Assembly (NCBI GenBank): GCA_038087875.1
Contig: CM075977.1
Coordinates: forward strand, 240,932,001-240,996,000
Source of the DNA: Malacoraja senta
Taxonomy: Eukaryota
Direction of reading: 5' to 3'
Length of the DNA: 64,000 nucleotides
Shown: positions 49,601-61,437 of the stretch, in pieces
Numbering within the stretch: the stretch's first letter is position 1
Layout: the number at the start of each line of letters is the position of its first letter
Translations under genes and position numbers: made by a program
The notes under the pieces: model-generated
Seen by the model: only the letters and a program-made list of their open reading frames with translations
What the model was told of the DNA's origin: nothing
The model's database searches: none

Positions 49601-51684
49601 AGGCAAACGGTAATTATAGGTGTGCATACTTTCATGTAAAAACCTGTAATGTGATCTCAATGGCTTGAGATTTGTATTCTGCCGCTATTTTTTAAATGTC
49701 ATTCCCTTTCTTTCACTGAAATCCTTTGACAAAGAGTCCTCTTTGGAGCTTGGAAGGATGACATTTCAGTAAAAAGGATGAAGGCAGTAATCTCACTATT
49801 GACCATGTCCACAAGCTGCCAATAATTTGAATGTAGCTGGTTTGTTTACAACCAAATCAACACTCTTCATATTATCCTTCACGTTCACACGGTCCTTAGC
49901 AACAAAGCAATACTATGGACTGCATTAAAAATGCTTTCACATATTCAGCAAGATCAATTATATTCTGGTTTGCACTGGATAGTTTACATGCCTTCAAAGA
50001 TCACCACTTGCTGCCTGATGCTGTTCTAAAAGCATACCTTTTTTTTTTTTTCATCGAACTGGAGAACATATAACCTCAAGAGAAATAATTTATGCCATTG
50101 AAAATAGTGACTAAGAAATGAGGTGGGAACCTGGTAAAATCCCAAATGCTCCACAATGACCGGCAAGGAGCTAATATCCGAATCTAAATCACTGGTTACT
50201 ATTGTTTGCCTCCCAGTGACTGGATCAAGCATTCAATTGGGAGCTTTTATGGTCCCTTGTCCTTGAAACATGTTGTATGGTGCAGGTGAACCTAATGAAA
50301 AAAAATGACATTTGAGATAAAAATAGAAATACATAACCTTTCATGTATCCACACATTTACTTCCTCCCTTTACCACGTTGTTCCTTATATTGTGTGTTTA
50401 GTGGAAATCCACACCAATAATTGAGACTAATCTTGCACTGTTTCTATGCTTTTTTGTCAAGTCAAAGCTGTTAAGCTAATAAAGTTACTTTGTACTTTTA
50501 AAGCTTACTGTGCTGTGTTCTGAGAGATGTATTTAAAGAATGGAGGTTACCAAATTTTCAGGACATCGATGTCTTAAATCGAAGACGGAATGCATAATAG
50601 ATGTAACACAGGTTAGAAGTCTTATGTTGAATCACAATGTAGATCCATTATGTGATTCAGAATTAATTTATAAAAACCTAATTCATCCCAAATCTAATGG
50701 TGTGTGTGCTGAGCTGGGTCGAGATCTCAGCCTAAGCAGGAGTTTGGATTCTGCAGCTCACTTTCCTGTTTAAGGCCGCACATGATGATGATCATGCATC
50801 CCATTTGGTACAGAGCTGTGAACCGCCTGAACACACCAACCATCAAAACCCAAATAATAGAGAACATCAAATTTTCGAGCATGGATTAGCTGATCTCAGC
50901 TGGTGCATTTGAAATAGTTCTTCAATTTGTCTCAGTGCTTCTGGGCTAAAGATAAAGCTTTAATTTAAGTATCACTTTTACCTCCTCATTAGAATATTCA
51001 AAAATGATTCATTGCAAAAATGCACTTTTATAATTTTAGAGGTCTTGGACTCACAGCACCCATTCTGTGTACAGTAAATTCCTGCAAAGAGGTGAAAAGT
51101 CAGGCAAAGATTTTCAATTTTGATCACTGACTTTAGCGATGGAGAACTCCATAATCATAAGATGTGGGTTTTTTTTAACGCATGGAGAAGGAATGCTCAA
51201 ATAAATAAGGGGTGACCTTTGATTCCAATTTACATACATTTCAACATGTTTGAGTAAAGAGGGCCAAAAATAGGCTGGACTTGACTCGTTGAGCTAATTT
51301 GTGGAGAACTGTCAGTACCTGGGATAATACTCTTTTGTGAATTGCCAACTTTTTTGCTAGATGGATAAAACTGAAGAGGATGTAGGGGAACACTGAAATG
51401 TGGTTCCAATTCCTATTGGACACTGGAAAAAGTATTGGTTTATTCTAGATTGACGTTGTGATGTATCGGCCAACTAAATGTTTTGGTTCACACTTAAAGA
51501 ACAGAATTATCCAGTTAAGACTTCACTTTTTCTAATGTAAACATACAAACATACTTTCCTGTAATCATAACTGGATAGTAACTAAAAGTGGCATTCTGGC
51601 TGATCTTTACTCTTTGTAGTCCAAGGCCTTGTAGTATCCTGTACCAGGTTGAATTAATGAATTAGCTACAAAGGTAGGAATATA

Positions 51685-51885
51685 TAGAGAAACAAAGAAC
51701 TGCAGTTGCTAGTTTATTTCAAAGATAGACACAAAGTGCTGGAGAAACTCAGCGGGTCAGGCAGCATCTCTTGAGCAAAAGGATGGGTGATGTATCTGTC
51801 CCAAGAAGGGTCTCGACCCGAAACATCAACCATCCTTTTTCTCCAGAGATGCTGCCTGACCCGCTGAATTTCTCCAGGTATTTTG
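51685..51885. mobile_element. Palindromic (fold-back) Penelope-derived element
   Basis: Arms CTGGAGAAACTCAGCGGGTCAGGCAGCATCTC and GAGATGCTGCCTGACCCGCTGAATTTCTCCAG surround AAGAAGGGTCTCGACCCGAAACATC. Confidence 0.8.
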
Positions 51886-54239
51886 CTATTTATCTTTTCT
51901 TCACACATCTGTGAAATATAGTGATGTGTGGTTTTATATGTGTAACATATATAAATGTAAATTGTTAAGGTCAACAAAATGATCATATAACATGTTCATT
52001 ATCCAATTCAGTTCAAACTACCTGAAGATTTAAGTGTAATATTTTATATTTAAACCATTTATGATCTTGTGGTAGATATTGATCATAACTTACTAATGCA
52101 AGTAGTCAGATTTGATGTCACCAACAGTGGTCAAAAAAGGGCTTGAATTTTCATTTCAATTATACTGCACATTTTCTTAGTGCTTGTAGTGTTTTTATAT
52201 TCTGTTGGAGAAAAAGTGTTTAAATATTAGTCACAAAATGGAAAGAAGGGTGCCATTTGTTCTTTAGAAATAATGTTAGTTCAAAATAAGAACAATCTAG
52301 CCAGTCTCACTCCTCTTGTTTATCCTTAGAACCGTGTAAATCCTTGGTACATTTTTGAAGGAGGAGGTTTAGTGGTTATAGAGGGAAGAACTATCACTGC
52401 ACAATTTATCAAAGTTGCAGCAGATTACACTGCGTTATTGTTTTATTTCTCTATTGGAACAGACAACCTAAATTGTGGCATTGCCTTTGAGTCTATTGTC
52501 AACTTGTTCCTCGTGTAAATAATGTTTTCCCCAACGATTGCTAAAATAATTTAGTCTTCTTTGGGAAGTAACATAAAACAATTTCAACCCAGTCATTTTA
52601 AATTGCACTTATACTCATAGTTATCTTGCTACTGTTGTAGTAAAACCTTTCAAGTTCAAAGCGATGCATAAATTCAGCTCAACCAATTACTATAATGAGT
52701 TACTTATTTTGCTTCTTAATTCTTTGGCCATTTTAATTATTAAAAGCTGAAACTAATTTGGATATTCTTAATGCAGTTTATCTCAATGCAATCTGCTCAG
52801 CTATTTTTGGTAAAGTTGTACTTTGAAGTAGGCAATACATAAAAAGAAGTATGGATACAAAATTTAGTAGCAAATTAGTAACATCCTAGATTATGAAGCA
52901 ATCCATGTGCACTGCAGTTCAGCAGAAAATGACAAGTCAACCACAGGTCCATTCAACATTGGTCCCTGAACACCACAGTAGTCTCCATAGCATCTTAAAC
53001 ATTGTTGGAACTTACAAAGCCACATGGAGTAATATTCATATATGACAGAACACAGAAATGGGTGAAAACAAATTGTCTGGTTATTATACACTACAATAGA
53101 AGATGAAATTGAACAGCATGCACCCTATTCAACTGATCTGTTGCAATGTAATCACACTGAATGTTGAATTTCAGCTCCATAAAGCCATAACATGTTTGAC
53201 TATTCGTGTATGGCAACAGTATTTCATAAAAAAATGTTGACATAACGTGCATAAGAACAAATATCAGTCTGGCGCTTTTCAGTAAAAATAGTTCAGAAAC
53301 ATTTTATAGAATTGATGCCGTTCTACACAGTTAAAGTAGAAAATATTTTTGCTATTGACATGTCACCACGGTGAGAATAATAATTATTTTCAAACTTAAA
53401 ATAATTAATTAAAGGTTAAGTGTTATGTACATGTGTGGTTGCATTTGAAGGAGGGCAAATCTGTGTCCAAAGTGACATTGGAATCTGTCTTGCATGGTTT
53501 CTTTCAGCTTGTCTTCAAACAGATAAGCTAACAAGACAGTTTGACTACTGCTTGATGTCATCTCATGAGCGTTATATAACTGAAAGCTGTCCGCAGCCAT
53601 TCCGGTAATTAGAAATGATCCTGCATCTGTGCTTTACAACTTTTGCCTGCAATATCTGTATCACAAAAACTGCAAATCCATAATTGCACACACACGAGAA
53701 ATGTAGTGAAACACTTATTCCAAAAGTATTGCCAATGAACTGGATACAGATGTGACCTTTCTGTCAATTTACCTCAACAAGCATTATAGACGTACCCTTT
53801 AACAATGCATGTTTAAGTTTTGCAAAGATTCACAATAGGAAAGTCTGAGTGGTGTTATTGAGAGGAAGGATTCATTAGAATGTTAAAATGCCCCTGGCCC
53901 ATCACTTCAGAGTGGAGTGTTGCATTTGGGAGACTTTTGTTCATTGTACTATGGGGGGGAAAGATTAAGCTGGAGGAAAAATCACTTTGTGGACCCTTCC
54001 CATTCAGTGTTTCTGTCGCCATACTGAATTCAAGACAAGTTGTGGATGTTTGCCCTGAGGTCTGAATGAGTGAATTGAGGTTTGTGCAGATATGTAGAAA
54101 TTCCAGTGAAATATTGACAGGCATCCTAGGACCTGTCATAAACCCAAACAATACATAAATGATTTCCTACATTCCAAGCTGGAAGGTAATGTTTTTTATA
54201 ACATAATATAATGTATTTTATTCTGATTTATTTCTGTAG

Positions 54240-54539
54240 GAGCTGACCTCTTTTCCAATTGCACAGAAGAGTGTAAAGCACTGGGACACTCGGACCGCTG
54301 CTGGATGCCCAGCTTTGTACCGACAGATAACCGCCAAGGTCCGGATTATCGTAGTAATTTGCATGTCCCAGGCATGGACTCAGTGCCTGACACTGAGGTC
54401 TATGAAGCTCCAGAACAGCCTGGAGAGAAATCCTTCTCTACATTTGGAAAAGATAAAATGCATCCAGCAAATTTGGAAAAGAAAGAATATGATGCTCTTC
54501 TGCCCAACACACGTGCACCTTACAAGCCACCATATTTAA
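54240..54539 (+). CDS. PCDH10: Protocadherin-10 exon 4 (300 nt; CM2 and WIRS motifs)
   Basis: ctgtag|GA...TTAA|gtgagt encodes (G)ADLFSNCTEECKALGHSDRCWMPSF...KSFSTFGK...TRAPYKPPYL. The phase matches exon 3. Confidence 0.97.
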   Translation, partial: ELTSFPIAQKSVKHWDTRTAAGCPALYRQITAKVRIIVVICMSQAWTQCLTLRSMKLQNSLERNPSLHLEKIKCIQQIWKRKNMMLFCPTHVHLTSHHI

Positions 54540-56290
54540 GTGAGTTTCCTATAAATTTATTGCTGCCAAATCCATTATCTTGCTTGTTAGATGAAAGTGA
54601 AAAATCTTTTGGGAATTTGACTTAGGTTTAGTGTATCCTTTATAAATTTGGGAAATAACGTCTTAGAATTTATATATTTCTTCCTACAAATTATTTGTAT
54701 TTCTTTAAATATGATGTAGATTAATAGTTTTAATTGAGCCTAATAGTATGGTTGATCATCGAGGCTAAAATGTACAGAAAGTAAAATCACCTATATTTAA
54801 ATTGGTTCAGATTAAGTCAAATTAGCAAGTGGATCAGAAGTGCAGTTAGCTGTTCAAAATATTTGTGTTAATTCTGACTACATTTAAAATTACTCAATTG
54901 CAGCAAAGGACATTGGAAGTTGCAAATATGATGTGACATGCCAATGAAAATGTGTTATCAGAGTTAAACAGATTGTGATTTCTTCCTTGTAGTGTTCTCT
55001 TGATTCTGTGCCTTAGAGTAATAAAGAGCCTCTCTCTGGAGTTATACTGCAGCTGTAGTGGTTTACTTCAGAATTGGTTTTTGTTTGTGCTGATTAGAAT
55101 GAGCTTTGTATACAGTTCCAAAATAAAACAGGTATTATCAGAATGAGAAGCTCAATTTTGAACTTAACATATGCAAGTACCTGAGATTCATTGTGAATTT
55201 TGCAGGCATAAATCAACAGTCATTGTGTTGTGATTCCCTGTAGAATTTCTGCAGATGTGAAAACTGATCGCCATTTTATTGATCTGAAATCAAGTTGAGC
55301 CCTGAATTAGACGTGTGTTTTTTAATAGCAATTATTGATGTCCAAGTACCATTGCTGATGTTTGTTATGAGCTGACTGTGCTCCTGAGTCTTTATCAGCA
55401 TTGAAACTGGGCTTTGGGAATGAGTCTGCCTGCAAAGACGGAGGTAGCTGAATTTGCGGAGGTAGCGGAAACTGAGGCATGCCGAAGATTGAGTTTCTGG
55501 ATTGTGCAGATATTACTGATCTAAATTGAGAAGCTAGCCTGGTGCTATAATCACTATTATGCCCCTAAGGAGAATGTCTGGATTTTCACCCCCATACTCT
55601 TCCCAGCAATTCCTGAAAGATGTGTGCTTGCAGATATCTGAGTAAAGAATTGTGCATGGCTGCTATGCTTTATGGCCTAAAGCCGGGTGATATTACATAT
55701 CAAGGCTCATTCAGGAATAATGCCTCCCAAGGCAAGATATCACCTGGAGCCTGTGAAGCCAGACTGAGATAGGAATCAATGCCACCAAGAGGAACATGAT
55801 GTATGAAGTTTTAGAAATAGGTTAGAAATTGGTTAGTGGATTAGTGGTGAATTATTTTAATGTAACTATGAAAATCTGGAAAGTTTACTTAATAGCTTCC
55901 AATTATACTGCAACTTGGGTGAAGCTGAAGTGGTGTGAATTTATAGTTTGTAGATGGTTTGATGGTTAAGCCCACAGTAAATGGTGTGGCAAAGTTTTAC
56001 ATCCGAACTACTCTATTAAAAATGCACATCATCACGATAATCCGCCACTAATAGAACATTTTTCATCTTCATTGGTATTGGCTTTGTGTGTAATGAGCAC
56101 ATAGTAAGGAATGAAGAAGAAAAGAAAAAAACAATGAGTGACAACAATTTATCCTTTTGTTGTTATGGCAGGTATGAACAGTCAAAGTTATGCAATTTTC
56201 ACCAGGAAGCATCAAATGCAAGTGAAGCACTGGGATGTTTGGATAAAGATTGCATTACCATTTTGTAGTGTATGGTCAATAAGGTGCAGA

Positions 56291-57085
56291 TGTAAATATG
56301 GTCCTAAAGCTTACCCCCCCCCCCTTAGTCGAGTTCAGTAAAAAACACTGACTCAAGCACTTGACCAACTAAACTTTATTTTTAGAGCGAACAGCAAATT
56401 CCCCTCTACGATACCTAAACCACAGAGGGGTTGATCCTTGTCTCTGCCTGGCCAAGCCCTTCAGCCTCGTGCAAGCAGACACTGCCCAAAAGGTCATACA
56501 GTCCCAAGCGCCCTTCCAGAAGATCGACACCGATCAAGAATGGGGCTACCTTTTATAGGTCCACGAACATTGAGGGGCCGAACTACTTAGGGGTGGTTCC
56601 CTTATAATCCAATCAAACATATCAATTACATCAATACATTATTGACAGTTCCCCAATCCAATTACAGAGAGTCAAAAACAATGTTTTTTACAGAAGCTTC
56701 TGGAAGGAAGCTAGTTCACTGAATAATGCAACATTTACCCTGGAACTCAAAACAATTCTGCCAAGGCATAACTCTTTGGCCAATCAACAAACAGCAGGGT
56801 AACTATCTTGCAACACTATTTACATTATTTACAATCCCTTTGCAGCAATCCAATCAAACTCATGCATTTACAAAATCTTGGAGGTCCTCTGCAAGATTCT
56901 CATACATATCGACAATTGAAGAGATACTTATACCTTTCTTATCTGGAGCACTGATCTGGGACCTAGACTTCCCGGCACCAGCCAGCAGCCTGTGGCTTCT
57001 TATACAGAAATACAGAATCTTGTAATGCATGAATCCTCTGCTTTATTTTGGCTCTATTCTGGCTCTATTTTGGCCAGGATTTACA
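56291..57085 (-). mobile_element. Solo LTR (ERV1/epsilon-like or Gypsy), 795 bp
   Basis: TGTAAAT...ATTTACA termini and a 4-bp TSD CAGA (56287-56290 and 57086-57089). Minus-strand TATAAAA (56551-56557) and AATAAA (56375-56380) fall in U3-R-U5 order. Confidence 0.8.
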
Positions 57086-57619
57086 CAGACATCTAAGAGA
57101 TTTCTATATTCATGCAATTAGGGCCCATTTATATGTTTGTTATTTGGTGTTCAAGGCTACGTGTTTGCACTAGTGGTTGAAAACATCAGCAGACAGTAGT
57201 TTCTTGAAATGTTGCTTATGGTGTTTAGCAGTTTGAAAGTTGATGTGCCGTTCAATTTGTGAAACCTGCAGTTTGCATTTTGCATTATTGAGGATGCTCA
57301 GTACATGGTGACTTCCCTGTGGATTCAGTGCCTTCTTCACTAATGGGCTTTGTATTCCTGTTGAATTGTGGATCCCATAATCTTGCAAATGGTTTCTTTG
57401 AAGTTAATTATATTAAAATTAATATCTTCCTGTTTAATGATATTATAAAATGCTTTGTAATTTACGTTTGTTAAGTTAATTTTAAATTGTGTACTCAAAT
57501 GACAATACTACATATTTCAATCAGATGGATTAATCTTTTGTATTATGTGTTTTTGATTTTGGTGGCCATTTCTTTAATCCATTTAGCAAATAATGCTCCA
57601 TGTTAGTGGTAGTAATATT

Positions 57620-58350
57620 TTGCATGGCCATGGCTCTGTAGCTAACAGAAAGCAGTTATGATAAATCAATCTTTTGGATTTGAAATCATTAATTAGTGGG
57701 TTGCTTGGGATCATTGCTGGGGCTTTAATATTTACAATCAATTTTGATAACTTGGATAGGGGAATCAAGTTTACTGCTGAAACATTTGTCAGTAATATAA
57801 AAATCGAGTGTGAGGAGAACATAGAGACTGAAAAGGTAAAAATAGGTTGAATGAACGTGAGCAAAACTATAAAATCTTGCTTCACAAAGGAATATCGGGA
57901 TCCTAGTGGATGAAACATGTTATTGAGAAGCCGAGTGGAATATTGGCCTTTATTGCAAGGCTAGAGCAGGGAGGTGCTGGTGATGTTGCACCAAGAATTC
58001 TGCATGTATTTTTGTTTCCGTATTTAAGGAAGAATGTGCTTGCGTTGGAGGCATGCAGAGAAGCTTCACCAGATTGATTCCCAGGACGAAGAGGCCAATG
58101 TATGAAGAAAGTTTGAGCCGGATCTCGGTTGAAGAATTATAGGTGATCTTATTGAAAGTTAAATACTGTGGAGAAATGGGAAAATGGATTCTGAGAAGAC
58201 GTTTCCTCTGGAGGGACTATCAAGAAGGAGACATAGTTTCAGGTGGTGATGATGAGGAATTTCATCTGAGACATGAATATTTGGAATTCCTTGTTCTACC
58301 TCCGAAATCTATGGCAGCAGAGTCATTGAATATATTTCATGAGGAAATTG
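57620..58350 (+). mobile_element. Old CR1 RT/3' relic
   Basis: Degenerate ATATTGGCCTTTATTGCAAGG and AGAAGCTTCACCAGATTGATTCCCAGGA, homologous to 19740-19920. Confidence 0.7.
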
Positions 58351-60619
58351 AAGAAGAATACAAATTTGAAACAAAACATTTAAAATGAAACTTTAATATA
58401 TCAGACAAACCTAGTACTGTTGTAAGTACACCAGTTTACATTGATTGTTATTAATATAACATGAAATTGGAGAAAAAATTGTGAAACACTTTTATTTTAT
58501 GGATCCGAAGTAAAATCCAGATTAGATTATCAATTTTCAAATGATCCAATGTATTCTGTCTATAAAGATTCCATATGATTGTGTATTGTATCACCAACAT
58601 GAAACACTGCTTAATTTGGCAAAGAATCATTTCTCAAAATGGTCGTTATGTGAAATTAAAATGGCACAAAGCTAATGCTCTTTTGAGAGTGAACCCGGAA
58701 TTGATGAATAAATGGGGCAGAGTGGATATAGAGATGTTTAATGTCGATTTTAGGTAGCTATTTACCCACAATAAAATATCAGTTTTGATCAGGACAGTTT
58801 AGACATTATCAGATAAAATCCGCTAATGAGTGCAAATAAAACCCTGCTGTGGGGAAGCAGACAATCGAAATGCATTAAAAAACGACAAGGAAATGTGTCA
58901 AAATACACATCTGGAGAAGCAGATATGAGAAAAATTTGAAGACGTTGACAAATGAAAACTTGTAATGAACAGAAAAACACCACGGAGCTTGAAATTGTGT
59001 ACATGCACCCGAAGTGAGTATTGCTGTTTTGGATTGCAATTTTTGGTGGTTATGTGTAAGCACAGAAGAGTAGAATCTGACATATTCGGTGACTGTAAAC
59101 TATTTATGCAAATGTTTTACTTATGATACACTTAAGCACGAAGCTTGGGGAATCATCCAATTCTATTCCTTCTATTCAATTACCTGCTGTATGGCATAAA
59201 AAGTGACAAGCTATTTGTTGATTCACAGGGTCATTAATTTATTGTCTGAAAACAAGAACAGATTGAGCAATTATTGGGAGAAAAACTGACAAAAACAGAC
59301 AAATGGTATCCCTGTTTCAGTGCAGAGAACTTGGAATGAAAGGAACTATTAAAAATGACATCCTCTGGATATTACCATTTGTTCTTCCTTTGATGATAAG
59401 CATCTGCACTGGGAGTAATTTAGTCTAAATTATAAAGGGAGAGTGGAAGTTGTTGAGCTTGTTATCGTCTAAGAATTATCAAGCAATCTGGATATTGGTC
59501 ACCATTGGTTTTCCCAGTGGGATAGAACCAGTGCTTCACTGGTTAAATTGTTATTCTGAGGTAGTAGTGTAATATTAAAGTCCTTCTTGTAATTGTGTAA
59601 AGCATTTGTTCTAATTCTTGTATCGTTTTGAAGGCATTAAATTCCAGTGAATGAGAAATCTGTTACTAAAGAAACCATTGCTTACGAAAGAACCAACTCT
59701 TTAATGTTCTAAAATTATAGACAGGTTGTCAGTCATATTTATGATCACAAATTCACATGTGCTTAACCCCGAGATCCAAATTGATGTCAGGCAGACAGCA
59801 GTTAAATCTTAACATTCACTCCAATACAAGCAATTTTCCCTCACAGTTAGAAGCAATGTTTGACTAAATATTTTTAAACCACCTATGAATAACTGCCCCA
59901 ATGTTTTTGCCTGAAAACATCTTGTATGACAGAAAAATTAAATATCGTTGTCTACATTAAAGTGACTGGATTGTTAAATAGATTACAGGAATTCTTTGGG
60001 TTACTCCACAATCCCAAACTCCAAATTGTCCAAGGCTTTTATGCCTTTCAAAACAGTACAGTTTGATTTTTTACAAGGAATCTGGCCATTTTCAAGCACT
60101 GTACCTATTGTTGCTGAAGCCAATATCCAGAAATATCAGAATATTTTTGAAGTCCTGAGATCAAGGCCAGGGAGCTCAATTTGCCCCTTTACACTGACTA
60201 ATGCCATGGACCATATTGATTATGGTTAGCAGATGAGGAGGCAATACTCTCCAGGACTGTACAGAGCAGGCATGTTGTGACAACAATCAGTGAGTGGAGG
60301 AAAGCACATGACAAATACACTGTATTGAGTTTTGCAGTACTGTTACCTTTATGTTAAAATTCTAGTGATGAAAACTAGTGCTTGATTTTAAGTGTCGCTT
60401 AACGTGAACGTATGCTCATCAACATGATCAGATTCATCAGACCTTTAGCTCACTGCCCCTCATCCCATTAACACAGCACTATTTAAAGGGATCATCAATT
60501 ATCAAATAGTTAACTGCAGATTAAGTTATACAACCTGTTGTATAACTATGCAAGAGCATTTTACAGAGATTTAAAAAACAAGTCTACAGGGTGTGATATC
60601 CAGTTGTTAATGAAATTGA

Positions 60620-60813
60620 AGACACAATAATCTGCAAATGCTGGAATCTTGAGTAAAAACAAAGTGCTGGTGGTCAGGCAGCATTTGTGGAGGGAATGGA
60701 CAGACAATGTTTCAGATCAGTCATTCCAAAGAAGGATCTCAGCCCAAAAAGTCATCTGTCCATTCCCTCCACAGATCTATCTGACCCTCTGATTGCCAGC
60801 ACTTTGTCTTTTG
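60620..60813. mobile_element. Palindromic (fold-back) Penelope-derived element, degenerate
   Basis: Arms ACAAAGTGCTGG...TGTGGAGGGAATGGACAGA and TCTGTCCATTCCCTCCACA...CCAGCACTTTGT surround a hammerhead remnant. Confidence 0.7.
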
Positions 60814-60946
60814 TTAAAGGATTTGGTGTTTTTCTCCAAGCCTTTGCAAAAATACATTGTGTCTAGACATGAGGGCCAATAGTTGCTATTCTCTCAGAGT
60901 GCCATGTGATTCAGGAGAAGAAAGCATAGAACATAGAGCAGTATAG

Positions 60947-61344
60947 TGTGGGAAAGAACTGCAGATACTGGTTTACACCGAAGATAGACGCAAAATGCTG
61001 GAATAATTCAGGGGGTCAGACAGAATCTCTGGAGAAAAAGAATGGGTGACATTTTGGGTTGAGATTCTTCTTCAGACTGAGTCAGGGGAGAAGGAAATTA
61101 GTAGTTTGAAAAAGTACAGAACAAATCAGAGCTGGCATCGATGACCCAGTAAAGGTGGAGCCCACAGTGGTCCATTGTTGGCTGTGGAGGAGGTGATAAT
61201 GAAGGGATATGAATAGTGAAACTAGTAGGAAGACTAGGCTGGGGAAGGCAGGGAGAGAAAGGTAATGCAAGGGTTACTTGAATTTAGAGAAATCAATATT
61301 CATACTGCTGGTTTGTAAGCTGACCAAGCAAAATATGAGGTGTA
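60947..61344 (-). mobile_element. Penelope-like 3' fragment inserted in a CR1 tail, TSD CAGTATAG
   Basis: Minus strand HLIFCLVSLQTSSMNIDFSKFK*, then pLTR and a degenerate hammerhead (about 61049-61075). TSD at 60939-60946 and 61345-61352. Confidence 0.85.
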
Positions 61345-61437
61345 CAGTATAGCACAGGAACAGCCCTTTTCCACCATGCACGTGCCGAAAATGATGCCAA
61401 TTTAATCTTACCCTTTCTGTCTAGACCTGATCCATAT

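Noticed and set aside
59137-59200. Possible PCDH10 exon 5 (aag|CACGA)
   Set aside because: The acceptor is poor and the translation (TRSLGNH...) does not match the expected TRKRIC-like end.
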